NCBI GenBank assembly: GCA_965213675.1
Contig: OZ243916.1
Span: 3,328,001-3,392,000 of the forward strand
Origin: an uncultured Candidatus Binatia bacterium
Lineage (GTDB): Bacteria > Desulfobacterota > Binatia > UBA9968 > JAJDTQ01
Length of the DNA stretch: 64,000 nucleotides
Direction of reading: 5' to 3'
Shown: one piece after another, positions 22,655-35,207 of the stretch
Layout of the letters: each line of letters begins with the position of its first letter
Numbering within the stretch: position 1 is the stretch's first letter
Notes under the pieces: model-generated
The model's database searches: none
Told to the model about the DNA's origin: nothing
Seen by the model: only the letters and a program-made list of their open reading frames with translations
Made by a program: the position numbers and the translations under genes

Positions 22655-23992
22655 CTACCGTCGTGACGCGTTCCGCTTCCGGATCGCCTCCCACGCTTCG
22701 AGGCGCTCTCGGATGACCCGTTCATGCCCCTGGTCCCCGGGTTGGTAGTAGCGGCGGCCCTCAAGCTCCGACGGCAGATACTCCTGCTCCGTGACGTGGC
22801 CGGGTTCGTCGTGGGGATAGCGGTAGTCGGCGCCGTAGTCCAGGGACTTCATGAGCCCGGTGGGGGCGTTGCGCAAATGGAGTGGGGTGGGCAGCGTGCC
22901 GTGCTCGCGCACGTCGCGGGTGGCCGCCAGCAGCGCCCGGTATGCGGCGTTGGATTTGGGCGCGGTGGCCAGGTAGGTGGCCGCCTGGCTCATGGGGATC
23001 CGCCCCTCCGGCAGGCCGACGAAGTGCACCGCGTCCCTGGCGGCCACGGCGACCTGGAGGGCGCGGGGGTCGGCGTTGCCCACGTCCTCGGCGGCGAAGA
23101 TGACCATGCGCCGGCAAATGAAGAGCGGGTCCTCGCCGGCTTCGACCATCCGCACCATCCAGTAAACGGCCGCGTCCGGGTCGCTGCCGCGCAGGCTCTT
23201 GATGAAGGCCGAGATCAGGTTGTAGTGCTCCTCGCCGGCCTTGTCGTAGTGCAGCGGCGAGACCTGCAGGGCCTGTTCCACGTGACTCGACTCGATGCGT
23301 TTCGCGCGGCCGCCGGCGAGCGCCAGCGTGGCGGCCCCCTCCAGGCCGTTGAGCGCCACCCGTGCGTCACCCTGGGCGCGCCGCACCAGCAAGGCGCGCG
23401 CCTCGGGCTCGATGGACATGTCCTCGTTCCACAGCCCCCGGCCGCGCTCGGTCAGGGCGCGGTCGATGACCCGGGCGAGGGTGTCCCCGGTCAAGGGATG
23501 GAGCACACACACCCGGCAACGGGAGAGCAACGGGGAGATGATTTCGAAAGACGGATTCTCGGTGGTGGCGCCGATGAGCGTGAGCAGCCCCGCCTCGACG
23601 TGCGGCAGAAAGGTGTCTTGCTGCGACTTGTTGAAGTGATGGATTTCGTCCACCAGCAGCGCCACCGGGACGTCGGCGCGTTGCAGGCGGCGGGCGTCGG
23701 GGAGGATTTTCTTGAGGTCGCGGGCGCCTGAACTGACGGCGGAGAAATGGATGCAGTGCGCGCGGCACGCGTCCGCCAGGAGGCGGGCCAGGGTGGTCTT
23801 GCCGCAACCGGGTGGCCCCCAAAGGATGATGGACTGAAGGCGGCCGCTTTCCGCCATGCCGCGCAGGAGTTTGCCGGAGCCGAGCAGGTGTTCCTGTCCC
23901 AGCACCTCGTCCAGCCGGGCCGGGCGCATGCGCTCGGCCAGCGGCGCATTGCCGCCGGTGGAGCGCGGACTCACAGGGTCGAAAAGATCCAC
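22655..23992 (-). CDS. rarA: Replication-associated recombination protein A (RarA/MgsA)
   Basis: PLAERMRP, GPPGCGKTT, DEIH, GATTENP, SAFIKSLRGSD; start at GTG 23992 inferred. Confidence 0.95.
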   Translation of the reverse strand: MDLFDPVSPRSTGGNAPLAERMRPARLDEVLGQEHLLGSGKLLRGMAESGRLQSIILWGPPGCGKTTLARLLADACRAHCIHFSAVSSGARDLKKILPDARRLQRADVPVALLVDEIHHFNKSQQDTFLPHVEAGLLTLIGATTENPSFEIISPLLSRCRVCVLHPLTGDTLARVIDRALTERGRGLWNEDMSIEPEARALLVRRAQGDARVALNGLEGAATLALAGGRAKRIESSHVEQALQVSPLHYDKAGEEHYNLISAFIKSLRGSDPDAAVYWMVRMVEAGEDPLFICRRMVIFAAEDVGNADPRALQVAVAARDAVHFVGLPEGRIPMSQAATYLATAPKSNAAYRALLAATRDVREHGTLPTPLHLRNAPTGLMKSLDYGADYRYPHDEPGHVTEQEYLPSELEGRRYYQPGDQGHERVIRERLEAWEAIRKRNASRR

Positions 23993-24086
23993 TTGTGTGC
24001 CGGGCAGCCGGACAGGACACCGGCCATGAGTCGGCGGCGCGGTCCTGGCGGCGGGTTGGCGCGTCAGCGGGCGTGGCGCCCGGTGG

Positions 24087-24443
24087 TCAGCGCGACGCCC
24101 GTGGCCGGCGGTCTTCCTCCAACCGCGCGCGCTTGCCCGAAAGGTTCCGCAGGTAGTAGAGCTTGGCCCGGCGCACCCGCCCCTGGGTGACGACCTCGAC
24201 CTTTTCGATGCGCGGCGAGTGGAGCGGGAAGATGCGTTCGACACCGACCCCGTAGGAAGTCTTGCGCACGACGAAGGTTTCCCGGTTGCCGCTGCCGGAG
24301 ATGGCGATGACGACACCTTCGAAGACCTGGATGCGTTCCTTCTCGCCCTCGATGATGCGCACATGCACGCGCACGCGTTGGCCCGGCTTGAGCGCCGGCA
24401 TCTCGCGCGTGTGCTCCTGCTCGATCTGGTCTATGACGTTCAT
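24087..24443 (-). CDS. rplS: 50S ribosomal protein L19
   Basis: [27 protein letters not shown]. Confidence 0.97.
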   Translation of the reverse strand: MNVIDQIEQEHTREMPALKPGQRVRVHVRIIEGEKERIQVFEGVVIAISGSGNRETFVVRKTSYGVGVERIFPLHSPRIEKVEVVTQGRVRRAKLYYLRNLSGKRARLEEDRRPRASR

Positions 24444-24556
24444 TGGACCCTTCCTTCCAGCCAGTGTGATTGCCCGTCCTTGCAGGACCCGCCAAAGCCT
24501 GGGCCGCGAGAATGATGACCGGACGACTTCCCGTAGGGGCAACCGGCCGGTCGTCC

Positions 24557-25843
24557 CTACCCTGGACCAGATCCGGCAGACTCCTGGTGGCCCAGTAGAC
24601 GGTCCATCATAATGGCGGAGGCGGCCCGTACGGACAGATGGTTGTAGTCGTCCCGGCCTGCGATGGGCTCGAGGATCAGGTCCGACCGGGCAAAGATGGC
24701 GTCCGCCAGTCCCCAACCCGTTCCCAGTAGAATCATGCAAGGAGTATCGTCCTTTATTAACACTTCCCGCATCTTTCCAAAAGTTGTGCGTTCCCTTCCC
24801 GGGACGGGCCGTGCCGAGGTCGCTACCAGCCGGGGGGTGGCGCCGCATTCCGCCCGCACCTGCGCCACCGCGTCGTCCAGAGTGTCGCACAGCCGCGCCA
24901 GGGAGAGCGCTTCCCTGCGCGTGCTGTTGTACGTGCTGCCGTAACCCCGTTCCCAATGGTCGATGATGCGGCCCGCCAGCGACTGGAGGGTCTTCACCGG
25001 GTTCACGACATGGAAGGCCTTCACCCCATAGGTGCGGCAGGTACGGGCGATGTCGTGGATGTCCAGATTGGTGATGGACGAGGTCACGGTGTCGCCGCGC
25101 CGGTCGCACACAGGGTAGTGCAGCAACGCCACGTAAACGTCGGCCAAGGGTATCCGGGCCGCCGTTGGGGTCTTCGCCAGCAGGTCCGGCCGCGTTCGCG
25201 CGGTGCTCTCCACGCTCATGCGGCGGCGCCAGTCGCGGATCCTCGCGTGGTCGCCCGAAAGCAGCACCTCCGGCACCTTCATGCCCCGGTACTCCGCGGG
25301 ACGGGTGTACTGCGGATACTCCAGAAGCCCTTCGACAAAGGACTCGTCGCGCGCGGACTGCTCGTTCCCCAGCACCCCCGGCACCAGCCGCGTCACCGCG
25401 TCGATGACGGTCAGCGCGGGGACCTCGCCGCCGCTCAGGGTGTAGTCGCCGACGGAGATCATGTCGTCGGTGTAGGCCGTCACTCTTTCGTCGAACCCCT
25501 CGTAGCGGCCGCACACCAGGATGACGTCCCGGGCTTCCATGAGTTGCGCGGCGGCGGCCTGGTCGAAGACCCGTCCGCGTGGGGAAAGAAGCACCACACG
25601 GGGTTCCCTCAGCCGGGTTCGGCATGCCTCGATGGCCTCGATGACGGGCTCCGGCTTGAGCACCATGCCCTGGCCGCCGCCGTAGGGGTAGTCGTCGGTG
25701 ACGCGGTGCCGGTCCCGGGCGTACTGGCGCAGGTCCACTAATTCGATGGATACGAGCTTCTTCTCCTGGGCGCGCTTCAGGATGCTGTGCGCCAAGGGAG
25801 ACGTGAACATGTCCGGAAAGAGCGTGATGACCGAGAAGTGCAT
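24557..25843 (-). CDS. trmD: tRNA (guanine-N1)-methyltransferase TrmD fused to a second SPOUT-like methyltransferase domain
   Basis: N-half [18 protein letters not shown]; C-half [28 protein letters not shown]. Confidence 0.93.
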   Translation of the reverse strand: MHFSVITLFPDMFTSPLAHSILKRAQEKKLVSIELVDLRQYARDRHRVTDDYPYGGGQGMVLKPEPVIEAIEACRTRLREPRVVLLSPRGRVFDQAAAAQLMEARDVILVCGRYEGFDERVTAYTDDMISVGDYTLSGGEVPALTVIDAVTRLVPGVLGNEQSARDESFVEGLLEYPQYTRPAEYRGMKVPEVLLSGDHARIRDWRRRMSVESTARTRPDLLAKTPTAARIPLADVYVALLHYPVCDRRGDTVTSSITNLDIHDIARTCRTYGVKAFHVVNPVKTLQSLAGRIIDHWERGYGSTYNSTRREALSLARLCDTLDDAVAQVRAECGATPRLVATSARPVPGRERTTFGKMREVLIKDDTPCMILLGTGWGLADAIFARSDLILEPIAGRDDYNHLSVRAASAIMMDRLLGHQESAGSGPG

Positions 25844-25879
25844 CGAAACGGTGCCCGGCCCCGGTTCACGGGGGGAGGG

Positions 25880-26392
25880 TCAGAGGTCCAGAAGCCCGTC
25901 GGGCGGGTCGATGACGATGGTTCGCTCGACGACATCGATCTGCCGGATCACCTCCCGCACCGCGGGAACGAGATGTTCCCGCTCGGGGCCGGCCACCACC
26001 AGCAGGTCGCTACCCCGTTTGGCCCAGATCCGGTCTACCGTGCCAATGCGCCCACCCTCGGTGTCCACCACCGCGAAACCCACCACTTCCGCATGGTAGA
26101 ACTCGGACGAGCCGAGGGGTGCGAGCCGTTCGGCGGGCACCGACAGCCGGTACCCCACCAAGCCCCGGGCCGCGTCCATGTCGGCGATGCCCTGGAGCTT
26201 GACGAGCGCGAAACCCCGGTGCGGCTTGGCCTGCTCCACCGCAAGGGTGTGCCGGCTCTCCCCGCGCGTCAATTCCACCTGCGCGCTCGAATAGAGCGTA
26301 GGTCCTTCGGGGTTGAACAGCCGCAGGCGTACCCAGCCGGCCACGCCGTGCGTGGCCACGATGTCGCCCAGGGCGATCTGCTGCATGGACAA
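25880..26392 (-). CDS. rimM: 16S rRNA processing protein RimM
   Basis: G.IVATHGVAG, EFY, C-terminal PRC barrel PPDGLL; synteny. Confidence 0.92.
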   Translation of the reverse strand: MSMQQIALGDIVATHGVAGWVRLRLFNPEGPTLYSSAQVELTRGESRHTLAVEQAKPHRGFALVKLQGIADMDAARGLVGYRLSVPAERLAPLGSSEFYHAEVVGFAVVDTEGGRIGTVDRIWAKRGSDLLVVAGPEREHLVPAVREVIRQIDVVERTIVIDPPDGLLDL

Positions 26393-26402
26393 TGGAAAAG
26401 GG

Positions 26403-26639
26403 TTACGACTCGTCTACGATCTCAAGGACGACCTTCCGGTGGGTCCGCGCGGACGCGGCATTCAGGATCGTCCGGATGGATCTGGCGGTGCGGCCCTGTT
26501 TGCCGATGATCCGTCCAAGGTCTTCCTGGGCGACCTTGAGTTCAATCACGGAGGCGTCGTCTTCCTGCGTCTCCGTGATCTCTACGGCCTCGGGGCGGTT
26601 CACCATGGATTCCGCCAGGTACTGCACCAATTCCTTCAA
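26403..26639 (-). CDS. khpA: KH-domain RNA-binding protein KhpA (UPF0109)
   Basis: DLGRIIGKQGRTA; between rpsP and rimM. Confidence 0.92.
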   Translation of the reverse strand: MKELVQYLAESMVNRPEAVEITETQEDDASVIELKVAQEDLGRIIGKQGRTARSIRTILNAASARTHRKVVLEIVDES

Positions 26640-26694
26640 GAAGCCTGTCTCCTGGGGGCACGGATGCCGGGTGGGCGAGCGTCGCCCGGGGGGC

Positions 26695-27240
26695 CTATTC
26701 CTTGGGCGCTTCCGCGGTCTCCGCTCCGGCCGATCCTTCCGGTGGACTCTCCACTTCCGCCGCGCTCTCCGCCGGGGCAGGGCTCTCCGCTGCCGCCACG
26801 TTTTCCACGGGGCTTGGGCTCGCGGCCGGAGTCACGTCTTCCGCCGGGGCCGAAGTCTCCGTGGCAGGCGAACTCTCCGTCGCCGAGGATTCCGTCACCG
26901 AGGAGTTCTCCGTCACCGCCGCGTTCGCCGCCGTCTCCACGCTCCCTGCCGCCTCAGCGCTCACCGCGCCGGCCTCGGTACTCTCCGCCGCCGCGCCTGA
27001 TTCCTTGGCCGCCCGTTTCATGAGGTTGCGCACCGTCTGGGTCGGTTGGGCTCCCCTCTTGATCCAGCCATGGATCTTGGCCTGGTCCAGTTTCAGGGTG
27101 GCCGCCGAGGAGCGTGGGTCGTAGGTCCCCAACTGCTCGATAAAGCGTCCATCGCGCGGGTCGCGCGCGTCCGCTACCACGATGCGGTAGTACGGCCGCT
27201 TTTTCGCGCCGTGCCGGCTCAATCTGATCTTTACGCTCAT
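26695..27240 (-). CDS. rpsP: 30S ribosomal protein S16 with long acidic low-complexity C-terminal tail
   Basis: [32 protein letters not shown]. Confidence 0.96.
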   Translation of the reverse strand: MSVKIRLSRHGAKKRPYYRIVVADARDPRDGRFIEQLGTYDPRSSAATLKLDQAKIHGWIKRGAQPTQTVRNLMKRAAKESGAAAESTEAGAVSAEAAGSVETAANAAVTENSSVTESSATESSPATETSAPAEDVTPAASPSPVENVAAAESPAPAESAAEVESPPEGSAGAETAEAPKE

Positions 27241-27286
27241 ACGGGTTTGTTCCTTGCGGTCTATTCTGTAAACCAAGCTTTTTAGT

Positions 27287-28633
27287 TCATTGGAACGGCA
27301 TTGGCAACCGGTTCAAGAGCCCGCGGCGCTTGCCGCCGGACTGCTTCATCCGCTGCATCATCTTCCTCATCTCCATGTACTGTTTCATCAGCCGGTTGAC
27401 GTCCGTCACCGTGGTGCCGCTTCCGTCGGCGATGCGCCGGCGCCGGCTACCGTTCAGCAGGGCGGGGTTGCGGCGTTCCTTGAGGGTCATGGAATTGATG
27501 ATGGCCTCCACCCGCTTGAGTTCCTTCTCCGCCTGGCCCATGTCCACCTGCTGGGTCAGCTTGCGACCGCCGGGCACCATGTCCAGCAGGCTCCCGATGG
27601 AGCCCATCTTCTTGACGGCCTGCATCTGGGTCTGGAAGTCCTCGAGGGTGAACTCGCCCTTGCGCATGCGCTGTTCGAGCTTCGGCGCGGTCTTCTTGTC
27701 CACCGCCTGTTCCGCCTTCTCGATCAGCGAAAGCACGTCGCCCATGCCGAGAATGCGCGATGCCATGCGGTCCGGGAAGAAGGGCTCGAGCGCGTCCGCC
27801 TTCTCCCCCACGCCGACATAGAGCACCGGTTTGCCCACCACCGAGCGCACGGAGAGGGCGGCGCCGCCGCGGGCGTCGCCATCCATCTTGGTGAGGATCA
27901 CGCCGGTGAGGTCCAGGGCGTCGTTGAACCCCTGGGCCTGATTGACCGCGTCCTGGCCGATCATGGCGTCGACGGTCAGCACGATGTTGCGCGGCTCCAG
28001 CGCGGCGCGGATCGCCACGAGTTCCCGCATCATCTCCTGGTCGATCTGCAGCCGCCCGGCGGTATCCACGATGAGCACGTCGCACAGCCGCTGGTTCGCC
28101 TTGTCCACGGCGGCCCGGCAGATGTCCAGCGGCGCGTCGTTCTCGCCCGAGTCGTACACCGGCAGTCCGTTCTCGTCGCACAGCGTGCGCAGTTGCTCCC
28201 GCGCCGCCGGCCGGTACACGTCCGCCGACACCAGGTAGGGCATGCGCTTCTGTTGCTTCTTCAGATGCAGCGCCAGCTTCACCGCGGTGGTGGTCTTGCC
28301 CGATCCCTGGAGCCCCACCAGCATCAGCACCACCGGTTGCCGCCCCTTGAGATCCACGCCCGCGGCCTCGCCGCCGAGGAGCTTGATCAACTCCTCCCGG
28401 ACGATCTTGATGAGCTGCTGGTCCGGCGTCAGGCTCTGGAGCACGTCCTGCCCCATGGCCTGGGACCGCACCGAGTCCGTGAAGCTCTTCACCACCTTGA
28501 AGTGGACGTCCGCCTCCAGCAGCGCCGTGCGCACCTCGCGCAACGACTCCACCACGTTGGACTCGGTGATCCGCCCGTGCCCCCGCAGCCGCTTGAAAGT
28601 CTGCTCCAGCTTGTCGGTGAGGTTCTCGAACAT
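27287..28633 (-). CDS. ffh: Signal recognition particle protein Ffh
   Basis: [24 protein letters not shown], Met-rich M domain. Confidence 0.98.
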   Translation of the reverse strand: MFENLTDKLEQTFKRLRGHGRITESNVVESLREVRTALLEADVHFKVVKSFTDSVRSQAMGQDVLQSLTPDQQLIKIVREELIKLLGGEAAGVDLKGRQPVVLMLVGLQGSGKTTTAVKLALHLKKQQKRMPYLVSADVYRPAAREQLRTLCDENGLPVYDSGENDAPLDICRAAVDKANQRLCDVLIVDTAGRLQIDQEMMRELVAIRAALEPRNIVLTVDAMIGQDAVNQAQGFNDALDLTGVILTKMDGDARGGAALSVRSVVGKPVLYVGVGEKADALEPFFPDRMASRILGMGDVLSLIEKAEQAVDKKTAPKLEQRMRKGEFTLEDFQTQMQAVKKMGSIGSLLDMVPGGRKLTQQVDMGQAEKELKRVEAIINSMTLKERRNPALLNGSRRRRIADGSGTTVTDVNRLMKQYMEMRKMMQRMKQSGGKRRGLLNRLPMPFQ

Positions 28634-28820
28634 GGCTACCGATTCATTTCTGAAACCGTTTCCAAGGACCGGCTTCCCGTGTCCCAGCCACTTTGTCTAC
28701 CCCCCAAGACCTTGTGTCCTGGCTGCTCCACCCATGTCTTGGCTGCTCCAATATGCCAGTTCCATGAAGCAGGTCAATTCCCTTGCTTGTCAGCGCCTGC
28801 CCAACGGCCGCGCATTTCCG

Positions 28821-28863
28821 AAAAAAAGGGCCTGGAGCCTCTCTGCGGAGGCCCCAGGCCCTT
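28821..28863 (-). terminator. Intrinsic terminator after groEL
   Basis: Minus strand AAGGGCCTGG-GGCCTC/GAGGCT-CCAGGCCC hairpin followed by a 7-T run. Confidence 0.85.
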
Positions 28864-28883
28864 GATCTGCGGCAAAGGCAGCG

Positions 28884-30865
<1,982 letters not shown>

Positions 30866-30952
30866 GTTCGCTCCTCCTTTTTCAAGTATCGCCTGCAAGA
30901 AGTCCGAGACACCCGATGCACTGATAGACGCGCACCCCGTGGTGCGGCGATA

Positions 30953-30980
30953 AATCTAAGCACGGTCCCGGCACTGTCAA
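30953..30980 (-). promoter_or_regulatory. Candidate sigma70-type promoter for groES-groEL
   Basis: TTGACA-N16-TAGATT on minus strand; no CIRCE seen. Confidence 0.5.
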
Positions 30981-31099
30981 GGGGTGTGGATCACTTTTGT
31001 CGAGAATCGGACGCGGTCGCGCGTCCGGCGGCGCCCGCACGCCGTTTGCCGTACCAACGGAAACTTGACAGAATGGTGTGCAACTCCCCCAAGGACATC

Positions 31100-32026
31100 A
31101 TGAATCTCCTCAAACCGCCGCCCCTCAGGCCCGGCGACACCATCGGGGTCATCGCCCCGGCCGGCGCCGTGCACGAGGACCTTCTGGCCAAGGGCGTTCA
31201 CGCGCTCGAGGCGCGCGGATTCCGCGTGGCCCTCGCCGAGGGAATCCTCGCGCGCAAGGGCTACCTGGCTGGAAACGAGCGGCAGCGGGCGGAATCGTTG
31301 CAGCGTTTCTTTCTGCGGGATGACATCGCGGCCATTTTCTGCGCCCGCGGCGGCTTCGGCTCGATCCAGCTTCTGCCGGCCCTCGACGCCGGGCTCATCC
31401 GTACGCATCCCAAGATCTTCGTCGGATTCAGCGACGTGACCGCCCTGCTCAACTGGATGTCCCAGAGTTGCGGGATCGTGGCATTCCACGGCCCGATGGT
31501 TGCCGTCGAGTTCGCCGGGCAGATCGAATCCGGAGTGACCAGCGGGTTCTGGGACGCACTCACCGGGAAACGGCGGACCTGGCAGATCCCGGGCACGGAC
31601 GTGCTTCGTGGCGGCAACGGGCCGGTTCGGGGACCGTTGGCCGGAGGGTGTCTCTCGGTACTCGTGACGACCCTGGGTACTCCCTACGAGATCGATACCG
31701 CGGGAAAGATCGTTTTCCTGGAGGACGTGGGGGAGCGGCCCTATCGTATCGAACGCATGCTGACCCACCTGCGCATGGCAGGCAAGCTCGACGGCGTCGC
31801 CGGCGTGGTGACCGGCGCCTTCAACGGCTGCGAGACCGGCGCCGGGCGGGACGTCACCGAGGTTCTGGCCGATGTCTTCGCCGACGCCCCGTATCCGGTG
31901 GTGCGAGGTCTCCCTTGCGGCCACGCCACCCCGAACACGCTGCTCCCCATCGGGCTCGACGCCGAGCTGGACGACCGCAGCGGCGTGCTGATGCTGGTGG
32001 AGCCCGCGACCCGGGCCGAGTGCTGA
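31100..32026 (+). CDS. ldcA: LD-carboxypeptidase (peptidase S66)
   Basis: ARGGFG, GFSD, HGPM, FLEDV, CGH. Confidence 0.9.
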   Translation: MNLLKPPPLRPGDTIGVIAPAGAVHEDLLAKGVHALEARGFRVALAEGILARKGYLAGNERQRAESLQRFFLRDDIAAIFCARGGFGSIQLLPALDAGLIRTHPKIFVGFSDVTALLNWMSQSCGIVAFHGPMVAVEFAGQIESGVTSGFWDALTGKRRTWQIPGTDVLRGGNGPVRGPLAGGCLSVLVTTLGTPYEIDTAGKIVFLEDVGERPYRIERMLTHLRMAGKLDGVAGVVTGAFNGCETGAGRDVTEVLADVFADAPYPVVRGLPCGHATPNTLLPIGLDAELDDRSGVLMLVEPATRAEC

Positions 32027-33312
32027 TGCCGCCGTCGCGTCACACCCAACGCCCCCGCGGCGCGCGGGTCTGGCGCCCGCTCGACGCAACCTGTCGTGGC
32101 GGTGTAGCCGAAGGGGTGGCGCCCGGCATGGTGATTCTGGTGGGCCACAGCCGGGAAATCCTTTTTCACCGTGCCTACGGCTTTCGCACGCTGCTTCCCA
32201 TGCGGCTGCCGATGCTGCCCGATACCGTTTTCGACCTGGCGTCCCTCACCAAACCCATCGCCACCACCACCGCCATGATGCTGCTGGCGCGGGACGGGCG
32301 GATCGGCCTTGACGACCCCGTGAGCGCCGTCCTCCCCGAGTTCAGCGAAGGACTCAAGGCCGCGGTGACGTTCCGCCAGCTTCTGAACCACACGTCGGGC
32401 CTCCCCGCGTGGAAACCGTATTTCGAGTATTCAGCGGATGCCCCAGCCACTCCGGAACGTCGTTCCCGCGAGACCCTGTCCCCGACCCGGAGCGGGGGCG
32501 GGAATGACCGAGAAGCAGGCCGTACGGACAGAGGAGTCAGGAGCCACGACGGAGGAGCAGGCGGGTACGACGGAGAAGGGTGTCGCAGGGAGGATGCGGA
32601 TGGTGGGCGCATTCTCAAGGGCGTGCTTGAAGAGCCGCTGGTAGCGGCGCCGGGGGAGAAGGCCGCTTACAGCGACCTCGGATTCATCCTCCTGGGAGAG
32701 GCCATTGAGCGTTTGTCCGGCAAGTCGCTGGAACGATTTTGCCGCGACGAGATATTCGTCCCCTTGGGGCTTTCGTCGACATTCTTTGCAGACCTGAGCC
32801 TTCCTTCGTGTGGGCCGCCGCTCGCTTCCATCCATACCCTGGCGGCCACCGAGGACTGTTCATGGCGCGGCCGGATCCTTTGCGGAGAAGTCCACGACGA
32901 GAACGCGTTTGCCATGGGTGGCGTTGCCGGACACGCCGGACTTTTTTCGTCGGCCCCCGACCTGCACCGTTTCCTGTGCCATCTTGCGCGCAGCAGCGCG
33001 GGCGGCGCGCCGGACTTTCTGCCCGGGGTCGTGGTGCGCGAGTTTCTGGAGGCCCGGAGGACTCTTCCCGGGCTGACTCACGTGCTTGGATGGGACACGC
33101 CGTCACCGCAAGATTCGTCCAGCGGGAAGCGCTTCTCGGCCCGGACCGTTGGCCACCTGGGCTTCACCGGCGCCTCCATCTGGTGGGACATGGAGCGCGA
33201 CTTGCACGTCGTGCTGCTGACCAACCGGGTGCATCCGTCCCGTGACAACCACGCCATCCGCGAGTTCCGCCCGCGCGTGCATGACGCCGCCATGGAGGCG
33301 CTGTTCCCATGA
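32026..33312 (+). CDS. Serine hydrolase, beta-lactamase/AmpC family, with an internal low-complexity insert
   Basis: DLASLTK (SxxK), HTSGL, YSDLG, GEVHDEN, GHAGLFS, GHLGFTG, LTNR. Confidence 0.9.
   Translation: MPPSRHTQRPRGARVWRPLDATCRGGVAEGVAPGMVILVGHSREILFHRAYGFRTLLPMRLPMLPDTVFDLASLTKPIATTTAMMLLARDGRIGLDDPVSAVLPEFSEGLKAAVTFRQLLNHTSGLPAWKPYFEYSADAPATPERRSRETLSPTRSGGGNDREAGRTDRGVRSHDGGAGGYDGEGCRREDADGGRILKGVLEEPLVAAPGEKAAYSDLGFILLGEAIERLSGKSLERFCRDEIFVPLGLSSTFFADLSLPSCGPPLASIHTLAATEDCSWRGRILCGEVHDENAFAMGGVAGHAGLFSSAPDLHRFLCHLARSSAGGAPDFLPGVVVREFLEARRTLPGLTHVLGWDTPSPQDSSSGKRFSARTVGHLGFTGASIWWDMERDLHVVLLTNRVHPSRDNHAIREFRPRVHDAAMEALFP
32458..32509 (+). repeat. 52-bp palindromic element (GTCRTTCCCGC...GCGGGAATGAC) inside the serine hydrolase ORF
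   Basis: 41/52 identical by hand alignment to the reverse complement of 61378-61429. Confidence 0.75.
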
Positions 33313-34739
33313 TGCCGCACCTGAACCCCGGAGCGCACGTTCACTTCATCGCGGTCTGCGGCGTGGGCACGGGTTCCCTCGCCGGCATGCTCAAGCAACA
33401 GGGCTACCGCGTCACCGGCTCGGATGAGAACGTCTACCCGCCCATGAGCACCTTCCTGGAAAGCATGGGCATCGACATTCTGCCGGGGTTCAGCGAAGCT
33501 CATGTCGCCGCGTGGCCCGATCTGGTGGTCATCGGCAACGTGGTGTCGCGTGGCAACCCCGAAGCCGAGGCGGTGTTGCGCCAGCGCATTCCCTACGTGT
33601 CCCTGCCCCAGGCCCTGGGCCGTTTCCTCATCGACGGCAAGCGCTCCGTGGTGGTGGCAGGCACCCACGGCAAGACCACCACCACCTCGTTGATGTCCTG
33701 GGTGCTGGCGGCCGCCGGGCTGGACCCGAGTTTCTTCATCGGCGGGATCCCGTTGAACTTCGCCAGCGGTTTCCGCTCCGGCGCGGGCCCCTGGGTCGTG
33801 TTGGAGGGGGATGAGTACGACAGTGCGTTCTTCGACAAGGGGCCCAAGTTTCTGCACTACCAGCCGGAACGGGTGATCCTCACGAGCCTGGAGTTCGATC
33901 ACGCGGACATCTACCGTGACCTTGAGCACGTGAAGGACGCCTTTCGCCGCCTGGTGGCAATCATCCCCGCGGGCGGCCGCCTGTGGGTGTGCGACGATGC
34001 CGTCCATGCCCGGGACATCCTCCGCGGCGCGGCCTGCCCGGTCACGTCCTATGGTCTGGGCGGGGGAGCCGACTGGCAGGCGCGCGACGTACGCGCGTCA
34101 CAGGGCCGCACGTTCTTCACGCCCTGCTACCGGGGCGCGGCTGAAGATCGGGTCGAGTTGCCGCTGATCGGGCGGCATAATGCCAAGAACGCCCTGGCGG
34201 TCTACGCCATCGCGCGGGAGATCGGTTTGAGCGCGTCCGATGTCCGCGGCGCGCTGGCGGCCTTCCGCGGGGTGCGGCGAAGACAGGAAATCATCGGCGA
34301 GGCAGCCGGCGTTCTGGTCATCGACGACTTCGCACACCACCCGACGGCGGTGGCGGACACCGTGGCGGCGGTGCGGGAAGCCTGGCCGGGACGCCGGCTC
34401 TGGGCCGTGTTCGAGCCCCGTAGCCAGACCAGCCGGCGCCGCGTTTTCCTGGAAGAGTTCGCCGCGGCGCTGGGTCGGGCCGACCGCGTCATCCTGCCCG
34501 ATCTCTACCATCCGGAGAAGATTCCCGAGGACCAACGGCTCTCTCCCGCGGAACTGGTGGAACGCATCAACCGGCGCCGGAACGGTGGCGTGGCCGGCTA
34601 CCTGCCCGGCGTCGACGACATCGCCGGCCTCGTGATCCAGGAAGCCGCCGCCGGCGACATCGTCCTGGTGATGTCCAACGGCAGCTTCGGGGACCTGCCC
34701 GCCAGGATCGTGGCGGGGCTCCGCCGGAGAGAATCTTGA
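33309..34739 (+). CDS. mpl: Murein tripeptide ligase Mpl
   Basis: GSDENVYPPMS, GTHGKTTT, EGDEYDSAFFDK, DDFAHHPT, MSNG. Confidence 0.93.
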   Translation: MMPHLNPGAHVHFIAVCGVGTGSLAGMLKQQGYRVTGSDENVYPPMSTFLESMGIDILPGFSEAHVAAWPDLVVIGNVVSRGNPEAEAVLRQRIPYVSLPQALGRFLIDGKRSVVVAGTHGKTTTTSLMSWVLAAAGLDPSFFIGGIPLNFASGFRSGAGPWVVLEGDEYDSAFFDKGPKFLHYQPERVILTSLEFDHADIYRDLEHVKDAFRRLVAIIPAGGRLWVCDDAVHARDILRGAACPVTSYGLGGGADWQARDVRASQGRTFFTPCYRGAAEDRVELPLIGRHNAKNALAVYAIAREIGLSASDVRGALAAFRGVRRRQEIIGEAAGVLVIDDFAHHPTAVADTVAAVREAWPGRRLWAVFEPRSQTSRRRVFLEEFAAALGRADRVILPDLYHPEKIPEDQRLSPAELVERINRRRNGGVAGYLPGVDDIAGLVIQEAAAGDIVLVMSNGSFGDLPARIVAGLRRRES

Positions 34740-35155
34740 CTTGGAGGCAGCCGGTGACTAGACTGCCTTTTGTGGACACTCAAGAACAGACACCGCAGCG
34801 GGCTCTTTCGCCACAGGCGCTTCCCCAGGAGGCGCTTCGGTTGACCGCGTCCGCCGTCGCGCACGTGAAGAAGATCCGCGGGCGCGAGCGCATGGAAAGG
34901 CGCGGCCTACGGGTCTCCGTCACTCAGGGCGGCTGCTCCGGCTACTCCTACAAGCTCGACTTCGACGACGGCCCCAAGCCCGACGACATGGTGCTCGAGT
35001 TGGACGGCCTCCAGGTCTACGTGGAAAAGCCCCTCCTGAATCAGCTCCAAGGGACGGTCATCGACTACGTGAGCGAACTTCAGGGGTCGAGCTTCCGTTT
35101 CACAAACCCCAAGGCCACGGGCACCTGCGGGTGCGGCACTTCCTTTTCGGCCTGA
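34736..35155 (+). CDS. A-type Fe-S carrier (IscA/ErpA/HesB family)
   Basis: GGCSGYSY and CGCGTSF; start uncertain. Confidence 0.92.
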   Translation: MTWRQPVTRLPFVDTQEQTPQRALSPQALPQEALRLTASAVAHVKKIRGRERMERRGLRVSVTQGGCSGYSYKLDFDDGPKPDDMVLELDGLQVYVEKPLLNQLQGTVIDYVSELQGSSFRFTNPKATGTCGCGTSFSA

Positions 35156-35207
35156 CCGCTAGCGGCATCTCCGGCGGCGGGCGCAGCACTCTTCCGAGGC
35201 ACACTCC

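Noticed and set aside
13753-25625. Apparent long N-terminal extensions on trpD, lptD, gspD, rarA and rplS in the ORF track
   Set aside because: Upstream open frames overlap neighbouring genes; conserved N-termini begin at later starts
30870-30990. CIRCE element upstream of groES
   Set aside because: No TTAGCACTC-N9-GAGTGCTAA match
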